A stretch of DNA of 64,000 nt from Betaproteobacteria bacterium (GTDB lineage: Bacteria; Pseudomonadota; Gammaproteobacteria; Burkholderiales; Burkholderiaceae_E), in the NCBI GenBank assembly GCA_043789035.1, contig JAYWIG010000039.1, forward strand, positions 2,434-66,433, in the 5' to 3' direction. Below, piece after piece: positions 54,885-64,000 of the stretch; positions within the stretch are counted from its first letter, which is position 1; each line of letters starts with the position of its first letter. The position numbers and the translations under genes were made by a program. The notes beneath the pieces are model-generated. The model saw only the letters and a list, made by a program, of their open reading frames with translations. It searched no databases and was not told the origin of the DNA.

Positions 54885-55667
54885 ATGCAAACTTTTAAAC
54901 CAATTAAGCTTTTCCAAACAAATTGCAGAAGCTTGCTCCCCATAAGTCTCGGGTTTTTATGCCAATCATTCCAGGCAGTTCACGCCCAAGACTACGACCG
55001 AGAAGCGCGTTATGAAGAGCAAGTCATCTCGCAGCTGGTAGTTGGAGATGCGGTCAAAATTCGCGCCACCAGCGGCAAAGAATTCTTGGGGCTATTCGCG
55101 GCTGGTAAAGACAAAACCAAGGCGATTATTTTGCTTCATAGCGTAGGCTCCCACCCAGATTTTGGCATTATCGGGCAGCTAAGAAGTAGCTTAAATGATC
55201 TTGGCTATACGACATTAGCGATACAACTTCCGATACAAGGAAAAGACGCGAAACTAGAAGATTACTACCCCAAAGTGTTTGGGGACGCAAAAGATCGAAT
55301 CGCTCAAAGCATCGCTTGGCTCAATAAAAAAGGTTTCGATAAGCCAGTGCTGCTGAGCCATACCATGGGTTCATGGATGGCCAATGAATACCTTGATGAA
55401 AACTTTTCGAAAAACAACTTTAGTGCATGGGTGTGCATGTCGCTCACTGGCAGCTATTCATGGACGATGCGTCGCTACACCATGCCCATACTCGATATCT
55501 ATGCAGAAAACGACATTGTTCCTGCGTTGTCGAGTGCAGGTAGAAGAAAAACAGCCCTCACTTCCGAGGGCTCTAGTCAATACATGGTGGCGGGAGCTGG
55601 GCCAGATTACTCTGGCCACGCAACCGCTATGGCTCAACGCATTCGACAGTTTATTGAACGGCGTTAA
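54885..55667 (+). CDS. Secreted alpha/beta-hydrolase-fold protein (DUF3530-like)
   Basis: It has a signal peptide, then ILLHSVGSHPDF and a degenerate nucleophile-elbow position (SHTMGS). The family assignment is tentative. Confidence 0.45.
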   Translation: MQTFKPIKLFQTNCRSLLPISLGFLCQSFQAVHAQDYDREARYEEQVISQLVVGDAVKIRATSGKEFLGLFAAGKDKTKAIILLHSVGSHPDFGIIGQLRSSLNDLGYTTLAIQLPIQGKDAKLEDYYPKVFGDAKDRIAQSIAWLNKKGFDKPVLLSHTMGSWMANEYLDENFSKNNFSAWVCMSLTGSYSWTMRRYTMPILDIYAENDIVPALSSAGRRKTALTSEGSSQYMVAGAGPDYSGHATAMAQRIRQFIERR

Positions 55668-55676
55668 GCCTTGCCA

Positions 55677-57119
55677 TTACATCATCGTCGTAACGGCTGT
55701 TTTGGTATTCAAGTAAGCCTCAAGCGCTTCTGAACCACCCTCACTACCATAGCCAGAATCCTTTATGCCGCCGAATGGAATTTCAGGCACAGGCGCAGCT
55801 GCTTGGTTTATCCACAGCATACCGGCTTGAATGTTATGAGTGATGTAATGTGCGTTCTTCAAGCTACGGGTGAACGCATAACTCGATAAACCGAGCGGGA
55901 GTCGGTTGGCTTCTACCACCATTTGCTCCACAGTATCGAAACCACGAATTCCTAACATCGGGCCAAATGGCTCGTTATTGAAAATATCGGCATCGAGTGG
56001 CACGTCGGTAAAGATGGTCGGCGCAAAGAAATTACCCGATGTTCCAACTTGCTCACCACCCACGGCAACCGTCGCGCCTGCTTGCACGGTGCGTTCGGTG
56101 ATTTGCTTCATTGCCGCCAATCGGCGGGAGTTAGCTAAAGGCCCCATTGTTGTACTTTCCGCCATACCATCGCCCACTTTGACTTTACTAGTCATAGCTA
56201 GCAGCGCTTGCGTAAATTCAGCCTTCACACTGTTTTGAACTAAGAAGCGAGTTGGTGAAATACACACCTGACCAGCATTTCGAAACTTTGCACCGCCCAT
56301 CATTTTTGCTGCCAATGCAATATCAGCATCTTCCGCAATGATGACTGGTGCATGGCCGCCTAACTCCATAGTGGCACGCTTCATGTACTGCCCTGCCATT
56401 GCCGCCAATTGCTTACCTACAGGCGTGCTACCGGTAAAGGTAATCTTACGAACAATCGGATGCGCGATTAAATAGGAAGAAATCTCAGCTGGGTTGCCGT
56501 AAAGCAAACCAACTGTACCCGCTGGTACGCCCGCATCGATAAAAGCACGAATCAGTTCAGCGGGCGACGCAGGCGTTTCTTCAGGTGCTTTTACAATCAT
56601 GCTGCAACCTGTTGCAAGCGCCGCAGAAAGCTTTCGTACCACTTGGTTAATTGGAAAATTCCACGGAGTGAATGCAGCAACCACGCCGACAGGCTCTTTC
56701 AATACTTGTTGCTGAACATTCCAAGCGCGCGGCGAAACGATGCGACCGAACACACGGCGGCCTTCTTCGGCAAAATATTCGACAATGTCAGCAGCAGCCA
56801 TTACTTCGATTTTCGCTTCCGCTAGTGGCTTGCCTTGCTCTTGCGTCATCAACCATGCAATCGAATCAGCACGTTCTCGCAGTAAACCGGCGGCTTTGCG
56901 CATTACCTTGCTACGCTCTAAAGCTGAGATCACTTTCCAAGCTTCAAAGCCTTTTTGAGCGGCCAGTAATGCAACATCCATATCAGCAATAGTGGCATGG
57001 GCCACACGGCCAATTTCTTTCCCACTAGCTGGGTTAATTACTGCAAGCGATTTGCCGCCCGTAGCTTCTCGCCATTGGTTTTCGATGAAAAGTTGCGTGT
57101 TTGGATAAGTGGTTGTCAT
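55677..57119 (-). CDS. NAD(P)-dependent aldehyde dehydrogenase (succinate-semialdehyde dehydrogenase-like)
   Basis: Motifs [23 protein letters not shown] and the catalytic Cys in [12 protein letters not shown]. The likely start is [12 protein letters not shown] at 57119. Confidence 0.85.
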   Translation of the reverse strand: MTTTYPNTQLFIENQWREATGGKSLAVINPASGKEIGRVAHATIADMDVALLAAQKGFEAWKVISALERSKVMRKAAGLLRERADSIAWLMTQEQGKPLAEAKIEVMAAADIVEYFAEEGRRVFGRIVSPRAWNVQQQVLKEPVGVVAAFTPWNFPINQVVRKLSAALATGCSMIVKAPEETPASPAELIRAFIDAGVPAGTVGLLYGNPAEISSYLIAHPIVRKITFTGSTPVGKQLAAMAGQYMKRATMELGGHAPVIIAEDADIALAAKMMGGAKFRNAGQVCISPTRFLVQNSVKAEFTQALLAMTSKVKVGDGMAESTTMGPLANSRRLAAMKQITERTVQAGATVAVGGEQVGTSGNFFAPTIFTDVPLDADIFNNEPFGPMLGIRGFDTVEQMVVEANRLPLGLSSYAFTRSLKNAHYITHNIQAGMLWINQAAAPVPEIPFGGIKDSGYGSEGGSEALEAYLNTKTAVTTMM

Positions 57120-57225
57120 AGTAACGGCCCTAGGTGAAGAAAAAAGCAAATTAGCTGACATATTACCCTGTCAAAAAACCACGCTTCAAATCGTCTCCGA
57201 GTAACTGCACTGATATCCTTACCCT

Positions 57226-57858
57226 ATGGAAATAGACTTCAACCAAATCACTGCCTACCAGCGCTACAAGCTTATGGCTAGCTTAATTGTGCCAAGGCCA
57301 ATTGCGTTAGTAACAACCATTGGCCCAACCGGCGTGGTGAATGCGGCGCCTTTTTCAATGTTTAACATGATGGGTGAAGACCCGCCGATTGTGATGATCA
57401 GTATTAATCGCAAGCAAGGCATTCATCAAAAAGATACAGCAACCAATATTCTCGCGAATGAAGAATTTGTCGTGCATCTTTGCGACGAGGCAATGGCCAA
57501 CGAGATGCATGCCTGCGGTGAATCATTGCCACCTGAAATTAGCGAACTTACTCATGTCGGCTTTACCTCTGAGCCATCAAAAACCGTTGCACCTCCTAGA
57601 ATTGCTCAAGCGCCAGTTGCATTTGAATGTGTTTTGCATGAAAAAATCGTGACTGATAGTCGCTATATTTTTATCGGCAAAGTGCAATGGCTTAGTGTTC
57701 GTGAAGGTTTGGTCGATATTGAGACTTGGCGGGTACGCCTGCAAGACTATCACCCAGTTGGGCGATTCGGTGCCAGCTTTTATGTCACTACCCGTGATCG
57801 ATTTGCTATCGAGGGTAATAACTTGGAGGCTAGAACTACGCCGATCGACGAGATTTAA
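57226..57858 (+). CDS. Flavin reductase-like (FMN-binding split-barrel) protein
   Basis: The family pattern is VPRPIALVTT.....NAAPFS.FN....PP....S. Confidence 0.8.
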   Translation: MEIDFNQITAYQRYKLMASLIVPRPIALVTTIGPTGVVNAAPFSMFNMMGEDPPIVMISINRKQGIHQKDTATNILANEEFVVHLCDEAMANEMHACGESLPPEISELTHVGFTSEPSKTVAPPRIAQAPVAFECVLHEKIVTDSRYIFIGKVQWLSVREGLVDIETWRVRLQDYHPVGRFGASFYVTTRDRFAIEGNNLEARTTPIDEI

Positions 57859-57920
57859 TTTACCTATACGTCATCGATACAAGTGCATCGCTTTGTAAAA
57901 GGATGCACCCTTGAAGAGAT

Positions 57921-58439
57921 TTAGAACGCGAACCGTCCACCACGCTCGTAGCCGCCGCGTTCATATCCACCACGATCTTCGTAACCGCGGTTGCCATAGC
58001 CATGGTCATGATGGCGATGTTCTGGATAGCGCACTACTTCGCGATAAACCACTTGCGGCGCATATTCAACCCGCTGCGGGTAAACTACCACAGGTGCTTG
58101 AACAACAGGCGCTGGCAGGTAAACAGGGGCAGGCGAATATACAGGCGCGGGCTGCATGATGACCGGTGCGCGACTATTACCGTAATAGCCAACTGGGGCC
58201 GGGCCATAGCCGTAGCCTTGATGACTTGTTGCAACGGTTGTGCCTACAGCAGCGCCAATCGCGCCACCTAAAATCGCACCTTCGCGGCCACCAAACTGCC
58301 CGCCAATCATGGCCCCGGCACCAGCGCCGATGACTGCACCGATTACGGCGCGTTCGCCCGCCTGTGCAGCGGTCACCGAGGCAATCGTGATGAATGCCAC
58401 TGTTGCAATGCGAATCGATTTAACTAGCTTGGTACCCAT
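57921..58439 (-). CDS. Glycine-zipper (Rick_17kDa_Anti-like) protein with Pro/Val and Tyr/Arg/Gly/Glu-rich repeat tail
   Basis: It has a signal peptide (MGTKLVKSIRIATVAFITIASVTAAQA) and a glycine zipper (AVIGAVIGAGAGAMIGGQFGG...ILGGAIGAAVG). The tail carries APVYSPAPVYLPAPVVQAPVVV and GYERGGYERGG. Confidence 0.6.
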   Translation of the reverse strand: MGTKLVKSIRIATVAFITIASVTAAQAGERAVIGAVIGAGAGAMIGGQFGGREGAILGGAIGAAVGTTVATSHQGYGYGPAPVGYYGNSRAPVIMQPAPVYSPAPVYLPAPVVQAPVVVYPQRVEYAPQVVYREVVRYPEHRHHDHGYGNRGYEDRGGYERGGYERGGRFAF

Positions 58440-58553
58440 ATAAACCCTTTGTTGATTGTACGTAGGTATAGAGCGCTCTAGATCGACACCTTGATGACCA
58501 GGAATCTGCAAGATTTGTAATAAAACGTAATTGAACCTTGAAACTAACGTCGA

Positions 58554-59738
58554 TCAGAGGCCCAACTTATTCAATATCCCCTGTCGCACATTGAGCCACC
58601 AACCAAACTGCTTTGGCCACAAAGCAAAGGTTTTGTCGGCAGCCAAGGTTTGAGCAGCATGGACTGGCCAGTTTGGATCGTCCAGCGCTTCGCGGGCAAT
58701 GGCAATTAAATCCGCATCACCGGAGGTAACTACCTCTTCAGCTTGCTGCGCGGTGAGTATCAAACCTACAGCTATCGTCGGTATGCCCGCACCCGCCTTA
58801 ATCGCTTTAGCCCAAGGCACTTGAAAACCGGGAACTCGCTTTGTTCTAGGCACGGCGGCTACTGGCATTTGTGCGGCTACCGCACCGACGGCATTAGTTG
58901 CAGGAGCACTGGCCGAACCAACAATACCGCCTGAAGAGCAGTCAATCGCATCTACACCGCAGGCTCTTAGTTGCTGGGCTAACCAAATCGAATCGTCGAT
59001 CTCCCAACCACCGTCTAAATCGTCAATTGCCGATAAACGAACAAGCAATGGTTTACCGTCTGGCCAAACCGCACGAAGCGCAATTGCAATGTCGATGACG
59101 ATCTTGCTGCGCCCTGCTCTATCGCCGCCATAAACATCACTGCGCTTGTTTGAAAATGGGGATAAAAAGCTATGCAATAAGTAACCATGGGCAGCGTGAA
59201 GCTCAATCACATCAAACCCAGCGGCAAGAGCTCGTTTTGCTGCAGCCATAAAATCATTTGTGAGCGCATGAATATCTTCGACGCTCATTTGCTTTGGTAC
59301 AGTCCAACCCTGCGCAACGGCAATATCACTCGGTGCGCTAGGTGGCCAAGCCATATCGCCACGATCAAAATCACCTTGTGTAAGCGGCCCATTACCATAC
59401 CAAGGCCGAGCCATACTAGCCTTGCGCCCAGCGTGACCTAGTTGAATCGCAGGCACAGAGCCATTCGCGCGTAAAAAATCGGCAAGTCGTTTTAGGCCGG
59501 AAATATGCTCGTCTTTCCAAATGCCCAAATCGCCGTGCGTAATACGACCATTGGCTTGCACCGCCGATGCTTCAAGTATGACCATTGCAGCGCCACCCAG
59601 AGCATATCTACCCACTGTCACCATATGCCAATCATTCACAAAACCGTCATGCGCAGAGTAGTTGCACATGGGGGAAATGACTAAACGGTTCTTTAATGTA
59701 ATGCTGGCAAGTTGGTAACTAGAAAACAGATTACTCAT
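58554..59738 (-). CDS. NADH:flavin oxidoreductase (Old Yellow Enzyme family)
   Basis: Motifs NRLVISPMC, QLGHAGRK and ELHAAHGYLLHSFLSP. Confidence 0.85.
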   Translation of the reverse strand: MSNLFSSYQLASITLKNRLVISPMCNYSAHDGFVNDWHMVTVGRYALGGAAMVILEASAVQANGRITHGDLGIWKDEHISGLKRLADFLRANGSVPAIQLGHAGRKASMARPWYGNGPLTQGDFDRGDMAWPPSAPSDIAVAQGWTVPKQMSVEDIHALTNDFMAAAKRALAAGFDVIELHAAHGYLLHSFLSPFSNKRSDVYGGDRAGRSKIVIDIAIALRAVWPDGKPLLVRLSAIDDLDGGWEIDDSIWLAQQLRACGVDAIDCSSGGIVGSASAPATNAVGAVAAQMPVAAVPRTKRVPGFQVPWAKAIKAGAGIPTIAVGLILTAQQAEEVVTSGDADLIAIAREALDDPNWPVHAAQTLAADKTFALWPKQFGWWLNVRQGILNKLGL

Positions 59739-59751
59739 GGGAATTTTTTAT

Positions 59752-60177
59752 CTATTGAATTTGAATCTCAACCAAAGAACCGTTGCCGGGTCTTAAGCTC
59801 GGGTAGGCGACAGATTTCACAGCAACCCAACCGTCAGTTGCCTGCATGAAGTTCGGTTTTCGGGCATTGCCGCCATCGCTTAAATCATCTGTCTTTTTTA
59901 GCGACTGGTTACCGTCGCAGCTCGACAATGGTACGGCCTTATTAATTTTGGCTTGGGTCACGGTCGATAGCGCCGCCTTATCGCTTAACAAAACCATTTT
60001 TCCCTGAGCATTAAATAGTTGCACCGCTGCGATTCGAGGTGCCCATTGGTTAGCCTCGTTTAGCCTACCAGCAACAACACATTGCCGTCCTTGGGATGCC
60101 AGAACCACCGAGCTAAACACCATGCTCGATAAAACGAACGCAGTGACACCTGTGCTTGCTAAAAGTACTCTTTTCAT
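59752..60177 (-). CDS. Hypothetical secreted protein (141 aa, two Cys)
   Basis: A signal peptide and a good ORF context between flanking genes. No family was recognised. Confidence 0.4.
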   Translation of the reverse strand: MKRVLLASTGVTAFVLSSMVFSSVVLASQGRQCVVAGRLNEANQWAPRIAAVQLFNAQGKMVLLSDKAALSTVTQAKINKAVPLSSCDGNQSLKKTDDLSDGGNARKPNFMQATDGWVAVKSVAYPSLRPGNGSLVEIQIQ

Positions 60178-60302
60178 CTTGAACTCCTATAAGTTAATCA
60201 ACGTCACCGTCAACAACGCGGTAGCGCTGGACAGAAGCAAAGTTTAACAAGCCGCTAGCTTAGCGCAAGAGCGCGAAAATACGTAAGTACAAACCACCAG
60301 CC

Positions 60303-61040
60303 CTATAAATCTGCTTTTGTTGGCGCTGGACGAGAACCAAGGAATAAGCGATCAATGTCAGGGTCCGCTAAAAGCTCATAAGCTCGCTTATGCAACACGC
60401 AGCGGCCCGACTCTAATGCGATGGCCTCGTCTGAAATTTTAAGCGCACTTTTCACGTTCTGCTCTACCATCATGATGGTGGTGCCATCCGATGCCAAGCT
60501 GCGCAGTAGCTTGAATACATCTTGCACAACAATGGGCGACAAACCAATCGATGGTTCATCAATCAATAAAACTTTAGGGCGAAGCAATAAAGCACGCCCA
60601 ACTTCGAGCTGCTTTTGCTCGCCACCCGACAGCGCAGATGCTTGACTATTCAAGCGTTGCGCCACTCTTGGGAAAAGCTTCAGTACCTCAGGAATTCGTT
60701 TTCGCGTTTCCTCCATACCTAAGGTAATGCCACCTAACTCTAAGTTTTGCAAAACTGTTAACTGACCAAAAAGGTTCCTGCCTTGGGGCACAAAAGCCAC
60801 ACCCTGCGCGAGCAGTGCTTTCTGGGTAAACCCAGTCACATCGATTCCATTACAAATCACTTTTCCTAGCCGCGGTTTGAGTAAACCGAACAAGGTTTTC
60901 AACACTGTCGATTTCCCCGCACCGTTAGGGCCAATTAAGAGTGTAATTTTCCCGGTGGCAACCGTTAGCGACAAATCATTCAAGATCATCAGATCTTTAT
61001 AACCTGCTGTTACGTTCTGGAATTCAATTGCGTTCGACAT
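60303..61040 (-). CDS. livF: Branched-chain amino acid-type ABC transporter ATP-binding protein (LivF-like)
   Basis: Motifs GPNGAGKST, LSGGEQKQL and LLIDEPSIGL. The likely start is MSNAIEF at 61040. Confidence 0.85.
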   Translation of the reverse strand: MSNAIEFQNVTAGYKDLMILNDLSLTVATGKITLLIGPNGAGKSTVLKTLFGLLKPRLGKVICNGIDVTGFTQKALLAQGVAFVPQGRNLFGQLTVLQNLELGGITLGMEETRKRIPEVLKLFPRVAQRLNSQASALSGGEQKQLEVGRALLLRPKVLLIDEPSIGLSPIVVQDVFKLLRSLASDGTTIMMVEQNVKSALKISDEAIALESGRCVLHKRAYELLADPDIDRLFLGSRPAPTKADL

Positions 61041-61041
61041 G

Positions 61042-61791
61042 TTAATTCCCAAGGTAGGCGTCCAGTACCGCTTGATTGCCACGAATCTCAGCAGGTGTGC
61101 CCACCGCCAACACTTCGCCTTCAACCATCACCAGAATTCGATGGCATAAGTTCATCACAAACTCCATGTTGTGCTCAATCACCACAAAAGCTTTGTCCGG
61201 GTACTTCTGATTCAGTTGTTTAAGTAACGTCGATATACCACCCACCAAGGACGGATTAACACCGGCACAAGGTTCATCGAGCAAAACCAATGAGGGTTCA
61301 CTCATAAATGCCATGGCTATGTCAACCAGCTTTTGTTGCCCGTAACTCAAACTACCTGCCGGGAGATCAGCCACTTGCTCGATTCGAAACAGCGCGATCA
61401 ACTCATTTGCTCGCTTGGTTAAACCGGAATCGGAAGGGGAAAATAATCGGCCAAACATCGATTTTTGATGCTCTTGTGCAGCCACAATTAAGTTATCGCG
61501 CACGCTTAGTTTACCGAACACTTGCAAGGTTTGGAAGGTACGCCCAACGCCTTTGCGACTTAGCTGCAATGGACTCAAGCCAGAAATGTTTTCGCTCTTC
61601 AAACTAATGCTGCCTGCATCAGGTTTGATCTGCCCGAGCATGGAATTAAACAGCGTAGTTTTTCCCGAACCATTGGGTCCAATGACTCCAAAAATTTCGC
61701 CAGGGAAAACTTCAAACGAAACACCTCCTACCGCCTGAATTGCGCCATAGGCCTTTCTAATGCCTTCGACTTTTAAAACCGGGGCGCTCAT
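61042..61791 (-). CDS. livG: Branched-chain amino acid-type ABC transporter ATP-binding protein (LivG-like)
   Basis: Motifs GPNGSGKTT, LSYGQQKLV and LLDEPCAGVNP. Confidence 0.85.
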   Translation of the reverse strand: MSAPVLKVEGIRKAYGAIQAVGGVSFEVFPGEIFGVIGPNGSGKTTLFNSMLGQIKPDAGSISLKSENISGLSPLQLSRKGVGRTFQTLQVFGKLSVRDNLIVAAQEHQKSMFGRLFSPSDSGLTKRANELIALFRIEQVADLPAGSLSYGQQKLVDIAMAFMSEPSLVLLDEPCAGVNPSLVGGISTLLKQLNQKYPDKAFVVIEHNMEFVMNLCHRILVMVEGEVLAVGTPAEIRGNQAVLDAYLGN

Positions 61792-62738
61792 TTTTTTGTC
61801 TCCGTCTTTTTAAACTTCTCTGGCAAACTTAACAAACCATCGGGCAACCAAATCATAAGCAACATCACAACAACACCAAATATTGGTAAATACCAGGGCG
61901 CTAAGTTGGGAATATCGCGAATCCATTCTGGCACGACCACTCCAATGAGCGCGCCTACGATTGGCCCGAAGAAGTAGCCTGCTCCACCAATCACCACCAT
62001 CAAATACATCATGATGGAAACACCAACCGTAAACGGCCCTGGCTCAATAAACTGTACGAGCGACGCAAACAATGCACCGGCAACACCCGCATAAGCTGCG
62101 CCAATCGCAAAGCTTAAAAGCGTGTAAGTTCGAATGTCGACACCTAAGCTTTCCGCGCGTATCGGGTTATCGCGCAAGGCTTTGAAAGCTTTGCCCCATG
62201 GTGAATTCAGTATCCACCAAAGCACCGCCATGGCCAATAACGCGAAGAAGAACACTAAGTAGTAGTAAGCGAGCGCCCCATCGAAAGAAACACCAAAAAC
62301 GCTAGGCCTTGCAATGTTGTTGATCCCAAAGGTACCGCCAGTAAGCCACTCTTCATTGCGCATAACCAAATAAACGGCGGTGTTAAAACCAAGCGTTGCA
62401 AAAGCTAGGTATATCGTTTGAACTCGAAGCGCCGGAAAACCAAGCACAAGCCCAACCACAAAACACAAAATGGCAGCCAATGGCAAACCTAACCAAAAGC
62501 TAAAGCCTGCCTTCATCAGTATCGCTACTGTATAAGCGCCAATACCAAAGAAGGCTGCATGGCCTAAGGATTTCTGCCCTGCATAGCCAACCGTTAGATT
62601 TAAACCAAACGTGGCGATAATAAATATCAACCAGTAGGTCAGCATATACACGCCAAAGCTCTTTAAGAAGTGCGGCGCTATCAACATGAGGGCAAGCGCC
62701 ACTGCACTAAAAAGCATAGCCGATTTAGTGAGCTTCAT
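61788..62738 (-). CDS. livM: Branched-chain amino acid-type ABC transporter permease (LivM-like)
   Basis: A polytopic protein with the LivM pattern GYAGQ.SLGHAAFFGIGAY. It has 4-nt overlaps with both neighbours. Confidence 0.85.
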   Translation of the reverse strand: MKLTKSAMLFSAVALALMLIAPHFLKSFGVYMLTYWLIFIIATFGLNLTVGYAGQKSLGHAAFFGIGAYTVAILMKAGFSFWLGLPLAAILCFVVGLVLGFPALRVQTIYLAFATLGFNTAVYLVMRNEEWLTGGTFGINNIARPSVFGVSFDGALAYYYLVFFFALLAMAVLWWILNSPWGKAFKALRDNPIRAESLGVDIRTYTLLSFAIGAAYAGVAGALFASLVQFIEPGPFTVGVSIMMYLMVVIGGAGYFFGPIVGALIGVVVPEWIRDIPNLAPWYLPIFGVVVMLLMIWLPDGLLSLPEKFKKTETKK

Positions 62739-63610
62739 ACCTTGCGCTCCTCTTTTTTACCGAGAAGGCCTTGCGGCTTAAAGAAGATCACCAACATAAA
62801 CAATACCAACGCAACAGCGTCTTTGTAGGCGGGGGAAATATAAGCTGCGGCTAGGTTCTCGCCAACACCAACAATCACGCCCCCCAGCAAGGCCCCTCGC
62901 GAATTATTAAAGCCACCGATGATGGCGGCGAAGAACGCCTTCATGCCAAGGGACTCACCCATATCGAACTTGGCAAGGTATGTAGGTGTTACTAATAAAG
63001 CCGCAGCACAAGCAAGCACAGCATTAATAATAAAAACATACAAAATCATTCGCGGCACATCAATACCAAGCACGGAGGCACTTTCAGTATTTTGCGCCAC
63101 CGCCTGCATGGCTCGGCCAGTCACAGTCTTTTGCAAAAAGGCCTGGGTTGCTACAACAATTACTAGCGCTAAAGCTAAAGTACCAATATCACCCAAAGTA
63201 ATCGTAACACCGGCAATATTAAAAATCTTATCGGCAAACAAACTCGAAAACGGGTGTGCTTCTGCGCTATAACCCGCTCTTACACCATTACGCATAGCAA
63301 TCGACAAACCGATGGTGGCTACTACTATGGGCATCATTCCAAACTTAAACATGGGGTCGACTAAGCCCCGTTTGAATACCCAGCCCAGTAGTATGCAGGC
63401 CACAATGATGGTGAGGAAAAAACTCAACAGCAAAGGCGCTCCCATTGCAGAAAAGGCCAACATGATGAATGCAGGCAACATCACGAACTCACCTTGCGCA
63501 AAATTAATTGTTCCCGATGCTTGCCATAGCAAGGTGAAACCCAGAGCGGCAAGGGCATAAATGCTGCCCGTTGCGCAACCCGAGATAAAGAGTTGGAGAA
63601 AATCGGTCAT
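62735..63610 (-). CDS. livH: Branched-chain amino acid-type ABC transporter permease (LivH-like)
   Basis: A polytopic protein with the LivH pattern G.INFAQGEF.M. Confidence 0.85.
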   Translation of the reverse strand: MTDFLQLFISGCATGSIYALAALGFTLLWQASGTINFAQGEFVMLPAFIMLAFSAMGAPLLLSFFLTIIVACILLGWVFKRGLVDPMFKFGMMPIVVATIGLSIAMRNGVRAGYSAEAHPFSSLFADKIFNIAGVTITLGDIGTLALALVIVVATQAFLQKTVTGRAMQAVAQNTESASVLGIDVPRMILYVFIINAVLACAAALLVTPTYLAKFDMGESLGMKAFFAAIIGGFNNSRGALLGGVIVGVGENLAAAYISPAYKDAVALVLFMLVIFFKPQGLLGKKEERKV

Positions 63611-63905
63611 GAACGAATTACTTTTTACTTATTTCTTATTAACTTTGTACTCCAGGGCGGCAAGGACGAAGCAACTTCCAAGCCTTACCTGACCTTGGCA
63701 ACCGCAGGCAATTCTCGCATTTGTTACAACGATGAACCTAGATGCAATTAGTTATATTACAGAATCATGTTCGCTTAAAATTAAAACAATGTGGTTCTCA
63801 AACGTGCAAAACAACATCAAGCGCGAGGATTGTGCGAATTTCTAACCCAGCAAACGCCCTGTTACCCTTGCCTTAAACTCTTCGAATACCTGTAACAATG
63901 CACAG

Positions 63906-64000
63906 ATGAAATCCAAAACTATTGTCGCCATAATCGGCGCTGGCCCTGCTGGTTTAATGGCCGCACAAACCATTTCACAAAACAATGACTTTGAAGTACA
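63906..64000 (+). CDS. FAD/NAD(P)-binding flavoprotein (partial, 3' end off-window)
   Basis: The ATG at 63906 gives MKSKTIVAIIGAGPAGLMAAQ, which carries the GxGxxG dinucleotide-binding motif. Only 31 codons are visible. Confidence 0.45.
   Translation, partial: MKSKTIVAIIGAGPAGLMAAQTISQNNDFEV

Overview
Dense, chromosomal-looking 64-kb segment coding on both strands. It is probably betaproteobacterial and Burkholderiales-like, inferred from a Bug/TctC-family binding protein with a Tat signal, zapA-6S RNA synteny and lgt/recQ/panE housekeeping genes. I saw no rRNA, tRNA, CRISPR array, transposase or integrase.

Left part (1-15.7 kb): DUF47-PiT phosphate uptake, an esterase, an arylsulfatase and exbBD. 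It also holds a cobalamin-riboswitch-controlled btuB-btuF operon followed by a ParA-like gene, a DsbD/ScsB-type reductase, zapA plus 6S RNA, TauE, a Bug binding protein, malonyl-CoA decarboxylase and lgt.

Centre (about 15.9-37.2 kb): a ~21-kb exopolysaccharide locus, the most unusual content of the window. It mixes three kinds of parts:
- Cellulose-type: bcsD, a bcsR-like gene, two bcsQ/wssJ-like ATPases, a bcsA-like gene, bcsB and a bcsE-like gene.
- Alginate/wss-type O-acetylation: AlgI/AlgJ/AlgX/AlgF-like genes.
- PNAG-type: a TPR-porin, a PgaC/IcaA-like GT2 and a CE4-like deacetylase.

A GH18-like hydrolase sits where bcsZ would be expected. By eye, the BcsA-like protein has lost the TED and QxxRW catalytic motifs and both PilZ c-di-GMP motifs. 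One of two paralogous deacetylase-like proteins has lost its His/His/Arg motifs, and the BcsE-like protein lacks the GIL/GGDEF* domain. The only catalytically intact processive synthase in the locus is the PgaC-like GT2.

Right part (37.2-64 kb): a decayed GST pseudogene, an MFS transporter, uup (ABC-F), recQ and panE, then pbpC with a 2005-aa thioester alpha-2-macroglobulin. These are followed by three esterase/hydrolase genes, an aldehyde dehydrogenase, a flavin reductase, an OYE oxidoreductase, a glycine-zipper protein and a livHMGF-type ABC importer with no binding-protein gene.

All family calls rest on motif recognition by eye against remembered reference sequences. None was checked against a database.
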